Source: Amoebidium appalachense (taxonomy: Eukaryota > Protista > Ichthyosporea). Taken from it: a stretch of 64,000 bases of DNA. The stretch is taken from NCBI GenBank assembly GCA_963693365.1, contig CAVNZM010000005.1, forward strand, positions 12,485,728 through 12,549,727. Direction: 5' to 3'. The notes under the pieces were generated by a model. The model was not told the origin of the DNA, searched no databases, and saw only the letters and a list, made by a program, of their open reading frames with translations. This document shows positions 39,457-54,636 of this stretch, piece after piece. Position 1 is the stretch's first letter. Every line of letters starts with the position of its first letter. The translations under genes were made by a program, and so were the position numbers.

Positions 39457-39743
39457 CGACCCCCCCCCCCCCCCCCCCATCTTCCCCTCCCACCCCCCCA
39501 CACCCCCTTCCCCCATGTCCCACACACACACCTCCACAGCGTCTCCGTCGCACTGCCCCCCCTGGCACGTTCTTGTTCTGCTCCGTGTTGCTTTGAGCAG
39601 CCCACACTGCCCCTCACACTGCCCCCATACACTCCAAGCCGCCCACCCCGTTTGTGTGGTAGACCCTGTGACTGTCGATGTCGTGAGGCCTCCCCCTCCG
39701 CTGGGCACAGGGTCGGCTGAAACCGTCAGTAGGGGGGCTGGTG
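36522..39743 (-). CDS. Gene D C-terminal part: 2x TSP1 + degenerate TSP1-like unit with ricin-B (QxW) insert
   Basis: [22 protein letters not shown]; [22 protein letters not shown]; [42 protein letters not shown]. Confidence 0.8.
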
Positions 39744-40230
39744 CTGTGCATGTGATTGGGTTAGGATCATGTGTGATGTGTGGACAGATATGGTTGGGGA
39801 TGTTTTACATCAGTATGGTGTTGCAATAGAACCGCCCCCCCCCCCCCCCCCCCCCCCCCTCCCCCCAGCCCCACCTTCCGGTTCCCTGCTTACCTAAAAA
39901 GAAAATCAAAAAGAACGAAGAAGAAACATAAACAACACACACGCACACGCACACATACACACGCGCGCACACACACAACACACACACACCCATTTTCCAT
40001 CTGTCCCTTCCTCCTTCATTATATGGTGATGGTAGACTTAATGCACACTTCCATAACCGTACTAGAAGGGAAACGGAACACCCATTACACATAACGGTAT
40101 AGTCCACAACAATCACACGATGATTGCCATTTAGGGAGATGAAGGGGGCGTTACCATTGGCTGCCTGGTGTGCTGCAAGGGTGTAGCCACTCTTCCTGAA
40201 CGCTACCTGCGCCTCAAAGAGCGAGTTGGG

Positions 40231-40283
<53 letters not shown>

Positions 40284-41819
40284 GGGGGGGGGGAGGGGTA
40301 TGTGAACATGTGTGTGTGTGGGCGCGGTCGAGTGTGCACGCGGATGTAGGAGGGGCACGAATTAGCAAGGAATTGCTTAGTACAGATTGCCGGTCAAACC
40401 CCCTTCCCCCCCCCCCCCCCTCCCCCCCCCCCCCCCCTTCCCCCCCCCCCCCCCCCCCTCCCCCCTCCTCCTGCCAGCCCCTCCTTTGGGGGCGGATCTG
40501 CCATTAAAATTGACCCATTTTCGCTGACACCTTCCCCGCGCGATGTAACACCTAAACTAGCACACATGTATATGGTCTGCTCGTGCACATTCTGTCTTTG
40601 TGTCCCTGCCTATTGTCACATCTCTGCTTCTATGTGGTTTCACACACACGATTAGACACGGGTCCTCCTAGCCTCGTCTCTCGTTATACCCCCCCCCCCC
40701 CCCCCCCCAAAAGCCCTCCCCAACCCTCCCCCCCCCCCCCCCCCTCCCCCCCCCCCCCCCCAAAATAAAAATAAAAATTATATCTCTCTGTTCGACCCTT
40801 TGGCACACATGTCCATCCCTATGCTACAAGTGCATTTGCCTGCCTGTGAGCCATACCAGGAGTTTTGCACCGACAGACTCGGAAGCAAAGACGGTGGTCG
40901 GGTCTATGGTGACGGGATCCCCATAGAGGCCAGCCACGATGGGCTGAAAGTAGGCGTGGGCTGTGGACGTGGGGGGCCAGAATTGGTAGTTGCGGGTGCG
41001 CTGAGTGGTGTTGTTGCCCCTGTTGTGCAAGACTTACGTAAGGTGGTGCTACGTAGAGTCCAAAAGAGATGAGGCGTTGCGGTGAGGTAGTGATAAAATG
41101 CACTAAAAGTAGCACCTATTATGGCCACATATAGCCTTCCATAGGAAATAAAAAAGCGCATTAGTGGAAGTACAACCACTGTTGTAGAATTTAGTATAAT
41201 AAGCCAGTGGTCGCATATTTTGCTTGATAGCAGTTGCTATTATTATGCATATCTGGACAATAGGGACTTTTGTTCACAGTAGAAATCAATCTACATTCAC
41301 CCCTCTTTTCGCTTCTTCAACTCCCTTTCCATCTTCCACAATTCAGCACAAGGGCAGGAAAGGTGTCCTGAAACAACACGAGTCAAGTATCAACAAAGGA
41401 ATCAAAGTCTCTCCATTGTGTGTTAGCAGTTTAGGGAAGGTCGGCAGAGAGGGGACGAGGGGGAGGGGGGGGGGGGGGGGGGGAAGGGGGGAGAGAGGAG
41501 GGGGATTTTTACCTGTGGTTGAAATTCCAAATGGTCAGATACTTTGAGTTCTGCGGCAGCACATTAGCTTCCCCGCCACTGCCGGTCAGAATGCCGCCCG
41601 TGACGCTGTCCCAGAGGATGTTAAAGGTGGTGCGGGCGTGGGAGTCCACGCGGGCACCCACGGGCATTTGGGCCCTTAAAGCAACCATGTTTGTGTTGCA
41701 CGAGGCCGTGCTGGGGCCGTGCCACTGCAGCGACAAGGTGTCAGCCACGAGGATGCCGTAGCCCCGCATGCTGTTGACCCCAAAGTGGCCCTGCTTGCCT
41801 GTGACTTGCACATTTTGGA

Positions 41820-41852
<33 letters not shown>

Positions 41853-42115
41853 TGGTGGTGGTGGTGGGGAGGGGGGGGGGGGGGGGGGGGGGGGTTTATG
41901 TCAGTGAGGAGATGAAGAAGCTTTGGCAGCATGTATGGGAAAGTAACAAGCAGGAGGGGGAACATTCAGTAAAGGTTGGTGGCTAGGGAATGTATACTTT
42001 GCCAGGGATGCGCATGGGTGGGTGGGTGGTGGTGGTCGTTGGCGGTGTTTGTTTGTATGTGTTCGTGTGTGTGCAGGCGCTCGCGCATGGCAGACGGGGA
42101 TGGCTGGCCGGCCGG

Positions 42116-42193
<78 letters not shown>

Positions 42194-42915
42194 GGGGGCA
42201 TATCATTACTGTGCAAGCCATAGATGAGTCGAGCAGCACGGCCACGCTGACGCTATCGAAGACCACATTGCGCACCCAGCAGTTACGCGCATTGCTGAAC
42301 CCTACAGGGCTCCACCCGTAGTCGTCTGTGGGTGACCCGTGGTGCACAAATGACCCATTTACGTGCTTCCACGCACCTGCGTTGGGTGAAGAAGGGGATT
42401 GGATTGGAACGAATGTGGGTGTTGGTGTGTGGTGTTGAAACAAAGGCATAAGGGGGTGGTGGTGTGTGCTTTCGGCCACTGCTTAACGAAAAGAAATACT
42501 TCGGTGTGTGCAGGGTATATCTCATGATATAGTTCTGTAAGCCAAGTATATGTATCGCATGACATATATCTGGATGTAGCCGGGTATATCTCCTAGTACA
42601 CTTCTGTATGCCAAATATATCCCCGTGATAGATTTCTGTATGCCGTTCTGTATGCTATATCTATATATATATATATATATATATATATCAGGGGTGATAT
42701 ACTTCTGTATGCCGAGTATATCTCCGTGATTTATTACTGCAGCCAGGGGACTACCGAACTTTTCTTATCTCACATCTCTTCTACTCTTTACTCTAAGACC
42801 CTGAAATAGGTGGCCGGTTATATCTTCTGCATGGTGGAATGGATCATCTTGTATGCTGGGTACACCTCCGCACGCACCAACGCCAACACACGATTGAGTT
42901 CGTTTTTTTTTTTTT

Positions 42916-42946
<31 letters not shown>

Positions 42947-44073
42947 GGAGGGGGGAGGGGGGGGGGGGGGGGGGGGGGGGGAGGATATACTTGTGATGGT
43001 CATTTCCTCTATGCCCACCTCCTCCACGAATTTGTAGGGGTTGACGGTGATGGTGTTGGGTGCACTCATGTACACCTGGGCACAATATTAGTGTAGGGTA
43101 TCGAGTGTGTGCTGGTGCGTGTGCGTGTGCGCACGTGTGTATGTGTGTATGTGTGTATGTGTGTATGTGTGTGTGTGTGTGTGTGTGTGCGTGTGCGCGT
43201 GCGTGTGCGTGTGTGTGTGTGGACGCGCGCCTGCGCGTGTGTGCGTGCATGCGTGCGTCTGAGCGTATGCGCACACGTGTGTGTTGTGGTGGTTTGTGCA
43301 TTCACACGCAGGCACACTCACGTGTGTATTTCCTCGTATTTGCGTGGTTCATTGATGTGTGTGTTCAGGTGTTGGTGCAGGTGTTTGCTTTTTGATTGTG
43401 TGTGCATGTGCATAGATGTACATTTGCCTGAGCGCGCAAATCACAAACACATTCATCTATTCTAAAGCCCCGTGTGCACACGTGTGAAGTGATTGCTTGG
43501 GGGCGATTGCAGCATGCCCTTTGGTCGGTGGGAAATTGCAAAAATATCCCGGTTATCGAATATCCCGAAGAAATATCCCGTGTCACGCATACTAGTTGCT
43601 ATTCTGGTGCGCAAAGATATTTTTTGAAGGAGCTTCTTGAAATATTTGGTGATATATTGAGCTTAATTTACGGAACATTACGGGATATTTCCATTTGATA
43701 TCCAGGGGCCATTTTCGGGATATTTTTGGCATGGGCCTAGTGGTCGGTCACGTACGTTAGCCTGGATGGGCTCCACCAGGGTGATTGAGTTATCTGCGGC
43801 GCTGACTGACTCGATGCAGTGCAGCAGGCGCAGGTACGGTCCCTCCTTGAACGCCATGGTCCATGTCTGGCGGGAGGTGGGTGGGGGGAGGGAGGGGGGG
43901 GGGGGGGGGGGGGGGTGGGGAAGGAGGGGGAGGGGACAAGGGGGGGGGGGAGGGGGGAGGGGAGGGGGGGGAAAGGCAGAATTCACATGGTGAGAAGGGA
44001 TATTTACATGTTGAAGGAGGTGTGTGCATTCAGTGGGGCCGTGAGATAGAAAGAAAGGGGATGTGTGTGTGTA

Positions 44074-44113
<40 letters not shown>

Positions 44114-44138
44114 TGTGTATGTGTGTGTGTGTGTGTGC

Positions 44139-44169
<31 letters not shown>

Positions 44170-44412
44170 CACGGTGATTGACTGTGATTCCTTTCCCTCT
44201 CCCTGACCACCGAGGCAGCGTGATGCGGAAACGGAAGATTTGGCAAAGGAAGGTCTGCTGTAGGGTGGAGAACAGAGCCGGGTACATAGCAGACGTGAGA
44301 CGGCACGTGTGTGCTTGTGTTATGTTGGAGAGGAAAGGGGGAAATGCTGTGTGTGTGTGTGTGTGTGATTTCAATATGTTTATTATTATTATTATTATTA
44401 TTATTATTTCTT

Positions 44413-44444
<32 letters not shown>

Positions 44445-45640
44445 GACGGCCTTACGGGATCAAGCTGCCTGTTCTCGTAGAAGAACCCTGTTGTCTTGTT
44501 ATCGTTCTGACTGCACGGCACATGCTGTTAGATAAGACCCCCTCTCCCCCTCTTCCTCTCTTCCCCCCGCCCCCACCTCTCCTGCCTTCTGCGTGAAATG
44601 AAATCACTTCGACAAAAACAAACCAGCCATGTGCATACAGGAGGCTGTGAGGGGTAACCCCGAGCCGAACGGCCGGAAGCAAAAATCGACCAGATTTGAA
44701 AAATAGAAAGAAAATCATAAAAAGCGGCCCAAGTGGCCAAAACGCAACAAAACATGTAAAAACACAAATATAGACATCTTTACATGTTTTTGTTGCATTT
44801 TGGCCACTTGGGCCGCTTTGAATGAATTTCCTCCCACTATTTTTCAGATCTGGCCGGCAAAATTGGGGGCAGGTCGCTAAGGAAATATACCTCGACAGGA
44901 AAAGAACCCCGTCTATAAAGAAAATCATAGTCAACTCCCGGGCCGGTATTTTTGGTGTCTTTCGAAAGTAGACAACATTATACTAAAATTGGGCAATAAT
45001 TCCTGGCGCCATGACTATTACGCAACAGGCGCTATACAATTTCAAAGGTCACCGATACATTTATTTTTGAAACGGATGCAAAAGTGCATCGGCGATCCGG
45101 TCGGGCTTAACAGAACCATTACCCCTATCAATCCTCCAAGCAACCACACGATGAAAAAGCAATTCGCAGCACAAAGCACGGCGGTGGGTGATTACGTGAG
45201 GAGAAGGCTTGGTGGACTGGTGGCCTTTGCGTGCCTGCGTGTGGGGAAAGCGGGTGGGGTGGGATGGGGGAAGGGGGGAGGGGGGGGGGGGGGGGGGGGG
45301 GGGGCTTACGAAATGAGCAGACAGGACCCAGGATTGAAGCCACTGACTAAGCTAACGAAGATCTGTGATTGGGTAAAAGAGACGTAAGAAGGCACCACAG
45401 AATGTTCACACATATGCTCTCTGACACAGCTGATAGACAATCTTGAACAGAAAAAGGCACACTGCACACGTGTTTCCATTTCCCCTTACTGCACGCACAA
45501 ATACAACACACTGCCCATGCATTTCGATTTCCCCTTACTGAACGCCCAAATATAACTCCTCTCTTCCTCCCCCCTCCCCCCTCCCCGCTCTCCACACCGC
45601 TATCAGCGCCACATAAACCATGTACTCCCCTCTGCCATAC

Positions 45641-45713
<73 letters not shown>

Positions 45714-46341
45714 TAGGCATCCCCCACCACAACCCTAACCCCCCCCCCCCCCCCCCCCCCCCAACTCCCCATCCCCATCCCCACCCACCTTCCTGTCGCC
45801 CCTCTTCAGGTTTTTCGTCAGAAACACCCGAGGATTCTGTTTACCCACTCCCTGGATGGGTGAAACGAAATAAGTGTCAATTTTCAGCTTGCAGTGCCCC
45901 CCATGTGCATGCTAGCGTGTTACGAGTGCGCCAGCACATATCGGGTAGGGGGAACGTACAGACGTGTGATGTGCAAACACGCCAAACCACTCTGTGAGGT
46001 GATCAAAAAAAAAAATCGTTCATGCTGCAAGTGCTCATTAGCACCCATCCCCCCCCATCCCCCCCTCCCCCCTTTCCCCCCTTCTTCCCGGCCCATGTAA
46101 CCCCCTCCACATCACCCCTTACACACCCTGTTTGCCCGTTCCCCTCCCTTTCCCTCACCCTCTTACCCCTCCCGTCCCACCCTCCCCACTGCCACCCGTG
46201 CACCTACTCCCATATCATCTCATCCCCTCCATCGTCTCTTGCTCCTCACTCCCTCCTCTTCCTTCCCCTCTCCTCGCCTGCCACACACAAATGCACGAAA
46301 TTATGACCGCGGTCGCTACAGCAGGTCCCAAAAAATTGAAC

Positions 46342-46425
<84 letters not shown>

Positions 46426-46714
46426 ATCCCTACCTGGAACATGAGGTTGTTGTACCCAAGCACCCCAATGGGGTTTTCAGCATCGAAATACAGCGTGGTG
46501 GCAGCAGTGCTGTGGAGATCGGTCAGCGCCAGACAAAGATAAAATTGAATAATTAAACCAATTGAATAATTAAACCAATAGTTGCTTTTTGTTAATCTTG
46601 CTCATTCATGGAACATAAACATCAAGAGTTTTTCTTTTAACGTGGTGACATCAATGGTTTGAGCAGTTGGGGGGCTGAGCTGTGTGTGTGTCTGGTTGAA
46701 AAAGACGGGTGGTG

Positions 46715-46749
<35 letters not shown>

Positions 46750-47164
46750 GGGGAGGTATAGGAACGTGGAGATGAACACGAGAGAGAGAGGAGAGAGAGA
46801 GAAGCTCTGTTTACATACATACACAGGCACGGTGCAGAAGAAAGAATGAAGCCAAAAAACGAGTACATTAACAATTTTCACATGATATGGGGAACCATTG
46901 ATAGCAGCGTTGGGGGTGGGGGAGAGGGGGTGGTCAGAATGCTTTACAGAGTACGAAGTGCACATCCACGACAGACAAAACAGTGTAGAGTGCAAAGAAC
47001 AATGTCTGTGTGTTTGGGTGTGTGTGTGTGTGTGGGGGGGTGTTTACCCAGCACCACGGACCACAATATTGCTTGCGGTGATTCCAAACATGTACAGGTC
47101 AGAGGAGGATGTCCAGTTGACGGCAGGATTGCTAAGATACCACATGCCCTGTGGGGGAAGGGGT

Positions 47165-47203
<39 letters not shown>

Positions 47204-47345
47204 GTTAAATTGGTGTACTTGTGTGAATGTGTGCATGCATGTGCATGTGCGTGTGCGTGCATATGTGTGGGCGTGTGCACACGTGCGTGAGAGAGAGAGT
47301 GTGTGTGTATGTGTGTGTTAGTGTTAGTGTGTGTGTGTGTGTGTG

Positions 47346-47376
<31 letters not shown>

Positions 47377-47395
47377 TGTGTGTATGTGTGTGTGC

Positions 47396-47431
<36 letters not shown>

Positions 47432-48672
47432 ACTTGTGTGTGTGTGTCTGTATGTGTGTGTGTGTGGGGGGGGGGGGGGGGGGGGGGGAAGGGGGGGAGG
47501 GGGGGGGGGGGGGGGGGAGGGCAGAGGGGGGAGGAGGTGTTGAAGTTGGCGTATTTGTGAGCATGGTGTGCGTGTGAGCGTGTGTATGTATGCAGGCCTT
47601 TGTGTTTGTGAACATGTGCTTGTGTGTGTGTGCGTGTGTATGTGTATGCATATGCCGTAACCCCCCAACCAGTCTGACCAAACGACCATATCCCCTCAGC
47701 CCCTGCAGAAAACACTGCATACCGTCTCCTCTCTTCCCACCACCCCTTTTTCCTACTTTGACCTGTAACTTTGATGTGCGTTGGTGGCCAAAAGGAAGAG
47801 ACAGAAAAAAAGGGAGAGGAGGGGAGTGGGGGGGGGGGGGGGGGGGGGGGGGGGGAGGGGGGGGACTAATACGGCTGGGAAGTAGATGACACCCCCACCA
47901 GCGGCAATAGCAGCAGTAATAGCGGCCTTAAACTGTGGACCAATCACATGGTATTGTTAGTGCACGTGAGGTGCTCTGGCCAATCGAAACAGCACAACAC
48001 GTGATCGTGTATTAACCACAACTTTAGGCTGGCAAATCAATCTCTGGTATGCAGCCTGGAGTAGTACACACATTGCGGTAACAATATTGTTTCTTTAACA
48101 AATTGGTGGGAAGCTGGAGAGAGAAAACAACAAAGCCAAATGAAGGTTGGTAAGAAAAAAACATTGGTAAGAGGGTTCCATGGGGAAGAACGACAAGATC
48201 AATTTTATTATCAGGGAAGGGGGGAAGAGGGGGAAGGGGGGGGGGGGGGGGGGGGGGGGGGGAGGAGCACTTACGCCAGTGTCACAGTATTTGACGTTGT
48301 TTACACAACCGTATGCAGTCTGTATATGGGGTAGGCCAGTGGTGATAGGAGAGAAAGAGGAGGGGGGAGAGGGGGAGAGGGGGAGAGGGGGAGAGGGGGA
48401 GAGGGGTGGGGTGGGGAAGGGGGGGGGGAGAGAGGGGGGGTCAGTTCGTAAGGTAACAGAAGATGTCCTTTTTATCTATGCTATGCTGGGATGTGACTCT
48501 AGCGGTGCTGATATCTATCCGATATGCTAAGAATGCAGCGAGCTGTTCCACATGACGATTCAAGTTTTTTTTTGATCGCCTTGCTCCTACCAGAGAAAGT
48601 ACGAAGGCCAGGGGGGGGGGAGGAAAAACGAAGTGCAGGAAGAGAGGGAGAGGAGCGAGGTGGGGTGGGATT

Positions 48673-48712
<40 letters not shown>

Positions 48713-49411
48713 GGGGGGGGGGGGGGAGGGGGGGGAGGGGGGAGGGGGGAGGGGACGGGGTTGTAACACAGTTTCTTCTAAGTTCAGCTAGTGGTGACAG
48801 CAAGAGGTATGTGGTGGGGTGGGTCCTATGTGTACGCACTCATACCACATCGAAGATGGGGTCTGTGGGCGTGGGGATGGATGCACTCTGGTAGCGGTAC
48901 CCGACATAGCTGAAGTCCGGTAGCTGTGTGTGTGTGTGTGGGTGGGTGGGTGGGTGGGTGAGGGGAGGGGAGGGGAGGTGGGTGGGAGGGGGGAGGGGGG
49001 AGGACTCCGGAGTTAGGGCCAGGAAAATGGGGAAGCGCTGGGATTTGTGAGAAGCCCAATTGAGAATTGCAGGTCATAACTCGACTGCCGGCAGGCTGGG
49101 GGTCTGCATTCGTAGACTACCTCAACCATGCCTGGGCAATGGCAACGGATGGCCAGAGATGTGATGACGTCATCGACACGTTTTGTGGATGCAAAAAAGA
49201 CTCGTGCTGAGTGGTCGCTGCTAAATTATCGTACCTCAATCACTAGTGATTGCGATCTGATAAAAAAGAAATCGGCAAGATATATCACCGCCCATAGCAT
49301 AAGAACACACATTAGGTTCTCTCTCACATTTCATCTGCCCATTCTTCCATCTCCTTGTATTTTGGTACTTGTTGCCACCATAAGTCCCAACCCTCCTCCT
49401 TTTCTTTTTTT

Positions 49412-49448
<37 letters not shown>

Positions 49449-49598
49449 GGGGGAGGGAGGGGGGAGGGGGAGAGGGGAGGGAGGGAGGGAAGGGGGGGGG
49501 GGGGGGGGAGGGGGGGCTTTGGGCGGTTACCTTCGGCACACGGCCAGCCTTAATATCGTCCACGTACTCCTGAAATAGGCTCGACAGCTGGGCCTCTG

Positions 49599-49663
<65 letters not shown>

Positions 49664-50970
49664 TGGGTGGGTGGGTGGGTGTGGACACACCGGTCAGCTA
49701 TGTTGGTACGTGAATAAGGGGAGGGGGGGAGGGGGGGGGGAGAAGGATGATGGTGCAGGTTCTGCGTGCATGTGTGTGTGTGTGTGTGTGTGTGTGCACG
49801 TGCGCTTTCTTGGGCGACCAGGTCGACATGGAAAGGAATGCAAGTGGAGGGGAGCATGGGGGAGAGAGGGGCGGATGTTGTATGCCTTAACCGGGCAGGG
49901 GAGGTCCAATAGTAAAGCTGTGCGCATCTGCGTGTGTTTATTGTGTGTATCCAATGATGTGGCTGCGTATTCGTACGGGGTAACCTACGTCCGCAGGCAT
50001 AGGTGTTGCACTGCTGGGTGGCTGGGCCGGGGCAGTTTGTGGCCGTGCCCCCCATGGTGTTTGTGCACGTGCGCGCACGGGTGCCTCCCCCGCACGTGCG
50101 GCTGCAGCTGTTCCACTGCGTCCACTCACTCGCTGCGATCAGTTGCCAAATAAGGTTAAACAACTCAGTCTACCCACATTTCCATTCTTTGCCCCCCACC
50201 CCCCCCCCACCACACACACATACACACCCTCCCCTTTTCTGCCTAAGATTGGGCTACAGCATCGGGACACACCAACCAAGAAGGAATTGAAGGAAAGAAA
50301 ACACAAGGAGAGATACCCGAGCTGTGTTAAGGAGGATGTTGTCGCCTTGTTCAGATTGAGTAAAAACGTATGGAATAGTAAGGGGCTAGCCGGTGGCAAT
50401 AAAGATTTTCATTCTTTTATTATTCTTTATTTTGGTCGTGGATCAATTGGCACCTTTTTCTTTTCTTTTTTTTTTTTTTTTTTTTTGGGGGGGGGGGAGG
50501 GTGGGGTTGGGGGGGGGGGGGAGGGGGGGGAAGCAAGGGGGAGGAGGGTCATTACGCACCTCTGACGCCGGAGACATAAGCGGAATTTGGGGTGGGGTTT
50601 GGCCTGGGCAGGCTCTTGAGGGCACACAGACCGGCAGAGGGCTGGAAGGACCACGACCGGCACGAGTCCATGGCCATGCACAACCCACAGCACTCGGATA
50701 CACTGCCTGCATACAGATTGTGGGGGGTGAGAGAATTTCGAATTTCGCGGCTAATTGTATGATTTGTATGAGTGGAGGTGGATGTGGGGGCTTGTGTTCG
50801 TGTTTGGGCGATTGCTGACTGGAGAATGCAACATAGAGGCTACTAGAAGGGCACGTGGGTTTTTGGGTTCGGCGTGTGTGCATTGCAATGTGTGTCAGAA
50901 AACAAAGCCTGGCGTGGGGGGTGGGAGAAGGGAAAGGAAACAAACAGATACATACAGACCCCACCCACCC

Positions 50971-51013
<43 letters not shown>

Positions 51014-51617
51014 GCGCACACACACACCTGCCACGGTGGTGCCGATATCTGCACCCACATACAACATTCCTGCCTCCTGAGGGCATCCAAGTGCTCCTGT
51101 CAAGCCATCGTGTCAGTCATCATCCCATCCCCCCCCCCCCCCCCCCCCCCCCCCCCCTGCTTCCGCCTCCTCCTCTACCGCCCACTTCTCAACACACACA
51201 CACACACACACAGACACACACAGACACACACACACACACACACATCCACCATCCATTCCAAGGTCCATCTACTCCCCTCCAATGGCCCCCCGTGGCACGC
51301 CCCCTTCCCCCCCCCCTCCCCCCCTAATAGTATTAACAATACAACATTGATCACGATAACAACAACAATAACAGTAAACCCATCCAACCACCACCCTTAT
51401 ACATCTTCAATTGTGCCATCCACCCCCCCCCCTCCCCCCCTTTCTTTCTCCCTCTCTATCGCTTTTTCGCTCTCTCAATCTCCCTCACATCCCCCCCCCC
51501 CCCCCCCCCCCCCCCCCACACACACACATACAAACACACACACGCACGCTTCCCTTCACCCTATCCCCCTCCTCCATCCCACAACGAGTCTCACACTACT
51601 TTCTCCCCCTCCCCCCC

Positions 51618-51660
<43 letters not shown>

Positions 51661-51926
51661 AAAAAAAAAAAAAAACAAACATGTCCTCCCCGTTCACTTC
51701 CCCAGTCCATATTCCAGTCACACCCAAAGAATCCCATGCTAACCTCCCGAGTAGTCCACCGCGTTGTCAGTCACAAACAGGGGTGTGGCCCCGCAGTAGC
51801 CCCCACTGCTGCATGCGTACTTGGCTGGGTCTGCCTTGTCGCATATGGACACGTCACTGCCATCAGGGGCAGGGAAACCAACACCACAACGCCCATCAGG
51901 CCGGTAGCGCAGTTGCACTGGGGGAA

Positions 51927-51999
<73 letters not shown>

Positions 52000-52281
52000 G
52001 GGGGGGGGGGGGGGGGGGGGTTAGCGGGTGCTAGGGAGTATGAATGAAGTACACATCCATTCGAATACAGAAAATGTGCCGGAAAGGGAGGGCGGGGGCG
52101 GGGGCAAGGGGAGATGAGAGCCAGGGGACACACTGCAAAACAAGAACTACACTCCGTTGCCATGCCAAACAGGCACTTAGTAGAACGGGCCGTTTTCAAG
52201 TGGGTGAAAAGTCGTCTACACTGAATTATTTCATCCAAATTCTTGCCAAGGCGGTGGAAGCTCGTCAAGGAGATATGTGCG

Positions 52282-52347
<66 letters not shown>

Positions 52348-53072
52348 TGTGTGTGTTGGGGGGGGAAGGTGTGTTGTGGCGGGGTAGGGGGTCTCATACC
52401 ATTGCATGTGCTGCCTGGCTGTGTGGTGGGGCTGTTTGTGTAGCCCGCAGCACAGCGGCCAGGCAGACACACGGCCGTGGCACAGGTGCCAGTCACCGTG
52501 TACGTCGTGTAGCCCCCCTGGCAGTTGGCCGCAGCATTGGTGCAAACTGGGGGGGGTTTGAATGCGGAACACGTTACGAAGTACGCATACACGATGAGAA
52601 GCATGGTGCAGGACACATGCAAAGGCAAACATTCAAGTATGCAACATCATCCATGCGCACAGTATGCGTCATAAGCAGAGCCCATCCTCAGGGAGGGCCC
52701 AAGTCATCAATTGCGTCTGAGTTGTGCAGACTTGGGGGGGGGGGGGGGGGGGGGGGGAAGGTTAGAAGCGGTACACAGAAAGACACAGGCACTAGGGGAG
52801 GGGGGGGGGGAAGAGGGGGGATGGGGTAGGTGGAAAGGGGAAAGGGGGGGGGGGGGGGGGGGGGGGGGGGGTCTAAAAGGGTTGTGTGACAGCAAGGAAT
52901 ATATCGGGTTTGCAAGGAGGAGGCACATTCACAACACTTTCTACACTGGAACGGAATAATGCCATGTTGTAAGCTAAGGCATTGATCGTGCATGCATGCA
53001 ACAAGAAACAACACCAAGAAAAGAAATGGGGCATGATGGGAAGTGAGTGAGAGAGAGGGGGAAGGGGCCTGT

Positions 53073-53103
<31 letters not shown>

Positions 53104-53824
53104 GGGGGGGGGAGGGGCACGTACTTGTGCAAGTGGAGCCCGGCAGCAGGGTGGGGTTGTTTGTGTACTTGCTGATACACTTGGCCGGCTTGCACACTGC
53201 CCCCGTGCACTGCCCCACAGTGGGGTAGTGGCTGAACCCGGCCTGGCACGCAGTCGCTGACGCACATGCTGTGGAGTGGGGAAGGGGGGAGGGTGGGGGG
53301 GTTAGAATGTTGACACTGTGTAGTACAAATTTGAAACGGAAAACGGAATGCCAAAAAGGGCATGCTATGTATGTGCATAAGAGGTTGTATGAAGAAGAAT
53401 ATAGTAAGTGGCCACAGAGGTTTTCTGGGGGATTCTGCAAGAACCAAGCATGTACAGGCAACGAAAGCGCACCACTATTCAGCCAAGGGATGACAAAATC
53501 CACTTTGGAAGAGTAGGGTGCTTGGGGTGATGCTGGTGGTGGGTGGTGGGAATGGGGGGGGGGGGGGGGGGGGGAGGGGGGGGGGGGGGGGAGGGGGGGG
53601 GGGGGGGGGGGCGAGAAGGGGTGATGAGGGTTGGGGTACTACCTGTGCACACAGTGCCTGGCTGCAGGGTAAGGTTGTTAGTCCATCCCGCAGCACATTT
53701 GGCCGGCCGGCACACAGCCCCCGTGCATTGCCCGGCCGTAGAATAGAAGGAGAAACCAGGTTGGCAGCCACTAACAGCGGCGCATGCTGTGTGTGTGTGT
53801 GTGTGTATGTGTGTGTGTGTGTGT

Positions 53825-53871
<47 letters not shown>

Positions 53872-53886
53872 TGCGTGGGCGCATAA

Positions 53887-53941
<55 letters not shown>

Positions 53942-54513
53942 CGTGTGTGTATGCCGGCACGTGCGTGCGAGCATGCATGTGTGTATGCGGGCGTGTGCAT
54001 ATGTTTGTGGTTACGGTGGCAAGGGGGAAGGGGGAAGCGGGAAGGGGTGAGTTAGAATCTGATAGAAAGTAAGATTCCCTTCCTTTTCTTTCCTCTCGCA
54101 TTTCTTTCTTTTTCTCTCTCTCTCTCCCCCCCCCCACCCCCTTCCCCCATTTGGGTGGGGTTGGAGTGGGGGTGGGGTGGTGTATGTGTGTGTGTGTGCG
54201 TGTGCGTGTGCGTGTGCGTGTGCGTGTGCGTGTGCGTGTGCGTGTGCGTGTGCGTGTGTGTCTGTGTCTGTGTGGTGATCGTTGTGGGTGGTGGTGGTGG
54301 TGGTGGGGGGGGGGGTTTAGATTTTTGGTTACTACCTGTGCACACAGTGCCTGGCTGGAGGGTAAGGTTGTTTGTCCATCCCGCAGCACATTTGGCCGGC
54401 CGGCACACAGCCCCCGTGCATTGCCCGGCCGTAGGATAAAAGGAGAAACCGGGTTGGCAGCCGCTAACAGCGGCGCATGCTGTGTGTTTGTGTGTATGTG
54501 TGTGTGTGTGTGT

Positions 54514-54546
<33 letters not shown>

Positions 54547-54573
54547 TGTGTATGTGTGTGCGTGGGCGCATAA

Positions 54574-54636
<63 letters not shown>

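Noticed and set aside
42488-42770. Possible small MITE in a gene D intron
   Set aside because: Only a short imperfect inverted match and no TSD.
47655-47703. Alternative exon [13 protein letters not shown] after FPA in gene D
   Set aside because: Weak splice sites; exon 47048-47148 already continues the motif in phase.
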